A stretch of DNA of 64,000 nt. It comes from Pseudomonadota bacterium. GTDB lineage: Bacteria > Chloroflexota > UBA5177. The DNA lies in NCBI GenBank assembly GCA_021324655.1, contig JAJPIP010000035.1, positions 86,121-150,120 on the forward strand, read 5' to 3'. Numbering within the stretch: position 1 is the first letter of the stretch; the number at the start of each line of letters is the position of its first letter. The notes beneath the pieces are model-generated. The model was given only the letters and a program-made list of their open reading frames with translations, had not been told where the DNA came from and did no database searches. The position numbers and the translations under genes are program-made. Positions 60,164-64,000 of the stretch are shown here, in pieces.

Positions 60164-60804
60164 TGGCGGGCGGACGAGAGCGGGTCCAGTTCTACTTCGA
60201 CCCGCTCTGCCCCTGGGCCTGGATGACCTCCCTGTGGATTCGGGAGGCACGCAAGGTGCGGCCGATCGACGTCGAGTGGAAGTTCTTCTCGCTGGCCGGC
60301 GTCAACGACCGTGCCGATCAGTGGCACGGCCCGCTGCGCATCGCCGCCCTGGCTCGCCGCGAGGGCGGCAACGAGGCGGTCGATCGCGCCTATCTCGCCA
60401 TGGGCCGCCTCTTCCACGAGAACAAGGATTCCTTCGACAAGATCGAAGAGCTGGCGGAGGTCGTGAAGCCGTATCTGGCCGATGTCGGTCTGCCGCCCGA
60501 TCTCGGGGAGCGCGCCCTGGAGGACGAGAGCACCCTGGAGGATGTGCTGCGCGAGCACACCGAGGCGGTCGAGAAGATGAGCGCCTTCGGCGTTCCCTGG
60601 CTCGTCACGGAGGGGGACGAGGCGGGCTTCTTCGGTCCGGTGATCGGGGAGCTGCTGACCGGCGATGCGGCCGGCGAGCTGTGGGACCACTTCCGCTGGC
60701 TGAGCGGTCAGCCACAGCTCTACGAATTGAAGCGTGGCGGCCGCAAAGCCATGCAGCCGCTCCCGGGTCTCTCCGAGCGGTTCTCGCCGGCAACGGCGCG
60801 GTAG
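60163..60804 (+). CDS. DsbA-like thioredoxin-fold protein (HCCA isomerase / DsbA family)
   Basis: N-terminus VQFYFDPLCPWAW, a single-Cys CPW motif. Start overlaps the YceI stop (TAATG). Confidence 0.6.
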   Translation: MAGGRERVQFYFDPLCPWAWMTSLWIREARKVRPIDVEWKFFSLAGVNDRADQWHGPLRIAALARREGGNEAVDRAYLAMGRLFHENKDSFDKIEELAEVVKPYLADVGLPPDLGERALEDESTLEDVLREHTEAVEKMSAFGVPWLVTEGDEAGFFGPVIGELLTGDAAGELWDHFRWLSGQPQLYELKRGGRKAMQPLPGLSERFSPATAR

Positions 60805-60919
60805 ACATTCGCCGGAGCGATCGGTGCCGTAGGGGACGGCCCGAGCCGTCCCGCCTTGGATTCGCAATCTCTCGATATCCAGCGCCAGGGCGGGCTGCCA
60901 CTCGGGGCAGCCCCTACGT

Positions 60920-61218
60920 CCAACCGCTGCGGCGGTGACCCGTACGGCCAACCGCCGCGGCGGTAGCCCCACCGGTTAACCACCGCAACCGCCCCTGCGT
61001 CCAACCTCTGCGGCGGTGTACCCACCGCCAACCGCTGCGGCGGAGGCCCCACCGGCCGCCACCGCGGTGGCCCCACCTGGCCAATCACCGCGGCCGCCCC
61101 TACGGCCAACTACCGCAGCCGCTACCCGTACGGCCAACTACCGCGACCGCTACCTGTACGGCCTACCACGGCCTCCGTCCCCCACGGCCTACCGCGGCCG
61201 CCGTCCCTACGACCGGCT
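60920..61218. repeat. Tandem array of ~11 degenerate 25-29 bp GC-rich repeats (consensus ~CCAACYRCYGCGGCGGNNNCCCNACGG), each with a short CCGC-N-GCGG hairpin
   Basis: Seen directly: head-to-tail units at 60920, 60948, 60976, 61001, 61028, 61056, 61081, 61106, 61134, 61162 and 61188. No unique spacers between units. Fills the convergent intergenic region between the DsbA-like gene and the homocysteine methyltransferase gene. Confidence 0.7.
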
Positions 61219-62157
61219 CATCTCCGTCGATCGGGCCCATGCCGCGAGTTCCTCGATCTGACCGGGTGTCGTGCGGCAGCAGCCGCCGATACCCTGGGCG
61301 CCGGCGGCGTGCCAGGCGGCAGCGGGACCGGCAAGATCGGCCGTTCCCCTGCCGATCCAGGCGTTGCGTTTCGCATCATAGCCTTCACCGGAGTTGGGGT
61401 AGGCCAGGATGGGCTTATCGGTGGCGGCACGGAGCGCCCTGACAAGCTCGGCGATGTAGCGCGGCGCCGTGCAGTTGACGCCGATCGCCGCGACCTGCCG
61501 ATACCGATTCAGCTCGGCCGCCACCTCACCAATCGGCTCCCCATGCGCCGTCTGTGCCCCGTCGCGCCCGCTCAGGCTGATCCAGCCCGGAACGCCATAT
61601 TCCTCGAGGAGACGGGCCAGGGCGCGGGCCTCGCGTCGCGAGGGGATGGTCTCGGCGGCGATGAGATCGGCGCCGCTCCCGGCCAGCAGGGCCAGGCGAG
61701 GCCGGTGGAAGGCGATGAGATCCTCTTCGCTCAGGTCGTAGTCGCCGGTGTACTCGGCGCCGTTGGCAAGGTAGGCGCCGTAGGGACCGACGGACGCCGC
61801 CACCAACGGGCGCGGACGGCCGGAACGGTGGGCGGGATCGGCCCAGAACTCGTTGCGCGCCTCCTGAGCTACACGCACCGCGCGCCGCAGGAGGTCCGCC
61901 GCCTCATCTTCCCGGAGGCCCCGGGCAGCGAAGCCGGGAAATGTCGCTTGATAGGTCGCCGTGGTCGCGACATCGGCCCCAGCACGGAAGTAATCGGCAT
62001 GGACCTGCCGGATGAGGTCGGGCGCGTCGATCAGCACCCGGGCCGACCAGAGAGGATCGTTCAGGTCGCAGCCGCGGCGCTCCAGCTCGGTGGCGAGAGC
62101 ACCATCCAGAACGATCAGCGGAAAGTCCCGGAGAATTGTTTCAATGGGGTTCACCAC
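61207..62157 (-). CDS. mmuM: Homocysteine S-methyltransferase
   Basis: Aligns along the whole length of E. coli MmuM (LDGALATELERRGCDLNDPLWSARVL, VGPYGAYLANGAEYTGDY, AIGVNCTAP, YPNSGE, GIGGCCRTTP). GTG start assumed at VVNPIETI. The upstream extension of the ORF was rejected. Confidence 0.8.
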   Translation of the reverse strand: MVNPIETILRDFPLIVLDGALATELERRGCDLNDPLWSARVLIDAPDLIRQVHADYFRAGADVATTATYQATFPGFAARGLREDEAADLLRRAVRVAQEARNEFWADPAHRSGRPRPLVAASVGPYGAYLANGAEYTGDYDLSEEDLIAFHRPRLALLAGSGADLIAAETIPSRREARALARLLEEYGVPGWISLSGRDGAQTAHGEPIGEVAAELNRYRQVAAIGVNCTAPRYIAELVRALRAATDKPILAYPNSGEGYDAKRNAWIGRGTADLAGPAAAWHAAGAQGIGGCCRTTPGQIEELAAWARSTEMSRS

Positions 62158-62213
62158 CCATTGTCGCCCGACGATGGCCGAATCCTTGCTGCACGAAGAA
62201 GCGACGTCCTCGC

Positions 62214-62921
62214 ATGATGAACCGGCATGACACATCCCCTCTCACGGCCGAGGAACAGCATCCTCACCGTGGGGAGTGGCTGCGCGATATCGTCTTCGGC
62301 CTCAACGACGGCCTGGTGACCACGCTCGTCTTCATCATGGTGGTCAACGGCGTGGCGGCGGGACGCGTGGTCCTCGTGGCGCTGGGCGAGGTCATTGCCG
62401 GCGGCCTCTCCATGGCCCTGGGCGCCTACCTCTCCGCCGAGACCGCGTCCGATATCCGCGACTACCGCATCGCTATGGAGCGTCACGAGATTCGGAACGA
62501 GCCGGACGAGGAGCGTGCCGAGCTACGCGACCTGTATCGGCGCAAGGGATTCCGCGGCGGCATGCTGGACGGCATCGTGGACCATCTGACGGCCGACGAG
62601 GAGCGCTGGCTGCAGGCAATGATGCGTGATGAGCACGGCATGGTGGAGGAGAATCACCGGCACCCGATCACCGACGGTCTGCTGGTCGGCCTCGCCTTCG
62701 TAGCGGGCGGCATCATTCCCGTGCTTCCCTACCTGCTGCCGGTCCCCTATCACCCGGTGTGGTCGTATGTGCTGACCGCCCTCACTGCGCTCGTCTTCGG
62801 CGCCCTCAAATCGCGTTACACGCTGCGCAGTCCCCAGCGGTCCGCCCTCCAGTTCCTTATCGTGGTCACCATTGGAACCGTGGTGGGAGCCGGACTCGGT
62901 CTGGCGTTGCACGCCGTGTGA
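62214..62921 (+). CDS. VIT1/CCC1-family iron/manganese transporter
   Basis: FGLNDGLVTTLVFIMVV and C-terminal TM helices typical of the VIT family. Start at the internal ATG pair (MMNRHD). Confidence 0.75.
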   Translation: MMNRHDTSPLTAEEQHPHRGEWLRDIVFGLNDGLVTTLVFIMVVNGVAAGRVVLVALGEVIAGGLSMALGAYLSAETASDIRDYRIAMERHEIRNEPDEERAELRDLYRRKGFRGGMLDGIVDHLTADEERWLQAMMRDEHGMVEENHRHPITDGLLVGLAFVAGGIIPVLPYLLPVPYHPVWSYVLTALTALVFGALKSRYTLRSPQRSALQFLIVVTIGTVVGAGLGLALHAV

Positions 62922-62969
62922 GCGTGCTCATGGTAGGGTGACGGGCAGCACTCATATCTGGAGGAGACC

Positions 62970-63230
62970 ATGCCCGTATCCCTGTCATCCGTGACTCCGA
63001 TTCCCGGCGATGCATCGGAGGAGATCAAGCTCTGGATCATGCAGCTGGCCGATGAGGTCAGCGCCGAGCTGGAGAACGCGGACCGGGAAATCATCACCTC
63101 AATCAAGGTGGGAGAAGAGCGCGATCTGGGTGACGTCCGTCTCAAGCTGACGCTGAGCATCAGCGCGGGAGCGGCCGGCGCCGAGGAACCGGCGCCGCGG
63201 CGGCGACGCCGCTCAGGGGACGAGTTCTGA
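62970..63230 (+). CDS. Small hypothetical protein
   Basis: 86 aa. Strong GGAGGAG RBS. Arg-rich C-terminus. Confidence 0.4.
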   Translation: MPVSLSSVTPIPGDASEEIKLWIMQLADEVSAELENADREIITSIKVGEERDLGDVRLKLTLSISAGAAGAEEPAPRRRRRSGDEF

Positions 63231-63244
63231 GCACGGAGGGAACC

Positions 63245-63790
63245 ATGCCCGACCATCACGGTCACGACGAGACGCAGGAGCTGACACAGTTCCGGGCCGC
63301 CAAGGACGCCTTCATGAAGGAGGACGAGCAGTCGCCCCTTCCCTCAGAGGAGCGGGAGAACTTCCCGGGTCTCTCCTACTATCCCTACAACCCGGATCTT
63401 CATCTGCAGCTGCCGCTCGATCGCGATGTGCCGGCAGAGCCCATCACCATGGAGACAAGCACGGGCAGCCGGCGGGAGTACCGGCGGGTCGGCAAGATCC
63501 GGTTCGAGGTGGACGGGACACCGGCCGAGCTGATGATCTACCAGGGCTCGGACGGCTCCCTCTTCCTGCCCCTGCGCGACGCGACATCCGGAAAGGAGAC
63601 CTACGGGGCGGGCCGCTACGTCGAGCCCGAGATGGTCGGCGACGACCAGGTCGACGCCGACCTCAACTACCTCTACAACCCGTACTGCGCGTACAACGAG
63701 GCGTACAGCTGCCCCCTGCCGCCGATTGAAAACTGGCTACGGGTGCCGATCGAGGCCGGGGAGAAAGTGTACCGCAAGGCGGATAGCTAG
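63245..63790 (+). CDS. DUF1684-family protein
   Basis: FRAAKDAFMKEDEQSPL...GAGRYVEPE...NPYCAYNEAYSCPLPPIENWLRVPIEAGEKVY matches the conserved DUF1684 pattern. RBS GGAGGGAA. Confidence 0.75.
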   Translation: MPDHHGHDETQELTQFRAAKDAFMKEDEQSPLPSEERENFPGLSYYPYNPDLHLQLPLDRDVPAEPITMETSTGSRREYRRVGKIRFEVDGTPAELMIYQGSDGSLFLPLRDATSGKETYGAGRYVEPEMVGDDQVDADLNYLYNPYCAYNEAYSCPLPPIENWLRVPIEAGEKVYRKADS

Positions 63791-64000
63791 CGCGGCTGGG
63801 AAGTCCGCTCCCGGCGCCGCTCCGGCGATCGCCCACGCCGGCTCCCCCTGGGATTCGCCGGCCGAGGCGTCCCTGGTCCCGTTCGGCGGCCTCGAGCCGG
63901 CCCTCCACCTGTCGGGGTCGCGGTTTTGTCACGCTTCCCGGCCAGGTAGCGCTCGATGTTCCGGACATCGTCCTCGTCATCCGCCGTGACGAAGGTGACG

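Noticed and set aside
60920-61218. Possible CRISPR array (regular ~28-bp repeats)
   Set aside because: The units are directly adjacent with no unique spacers, the repeats are degenerate, and there is no cas gene or leader. It is a tandem minisatellite/REP-like array.

Overview
High-GC (~67%) bacterial chromosomal window, densely coded on both strands, with strong GGAGG-type ribosome-binding sites. Many adjacent genes overlap by 4 nt (ATGA/GTGA), which suggests translational coupling. I found no rRNA, tRNA, CRISPR array, transposase or integrase. About 55 CDSs are supportable from motifs visible in the translations. Most are housekeeping or metabolic: manA-galK, UDP-xylose synthase, NADP-malic enzyme, hydantoinase, threonine dehydratase, PLP-dependent decarboxylase, M20 and S9 peptidases, PitA plus its DUF47 partner, homocysteine methyltransferase, a VIT1 transporter, and a multi-PAS histidine kinase with a receiver protein. 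The most unusual content is a cluster of three bacterial dynamin-like GTPases (about 10.2-16.4 kb). Two lie in one translationally coupled operon behind a soluble M48 zinc metalloprotease, and the first of them has a degenerate P-loop (GTAGSGRA, with no DxxG). The third is convergent, and a DUF1990 protein and a beta-propeller lipoprotein sit next to it. This looks like an Eleos(LeoA/LeoBC)- or IniA/IniC-like membrane-remodelling or defence module, but with a protease and a pseudo-GTPase partner. The other notable blocks are a resistance-like gene block and one repeat array. The gene block has two fused ABC exporters, a Tet(M)/Otr(A)-like ribosomal protection GTPase, a TetR regulator and an MMPL transporter, and a perfect palindrome sits in the TetR promoter. 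The array is about 11 tandem ~28-bp GC-rich hairpin repeats in a convergent intergenic region. Smaller items include an SNF2 helicase coupled to a SWIM zinc-finger protein, a vapBC toxin-antitoxin pair with an upstream inverted repeat, an isolated IF-1 homolog, a UvrC-like GIY-YIG domain fused to a SnoaL-like domain, an AAC(3) acetyltransferase homolog, and a ~1.5 kb stretch with no convincing coding sequence. All functional calls come from reading motifs in the translations. I ran no database searches.
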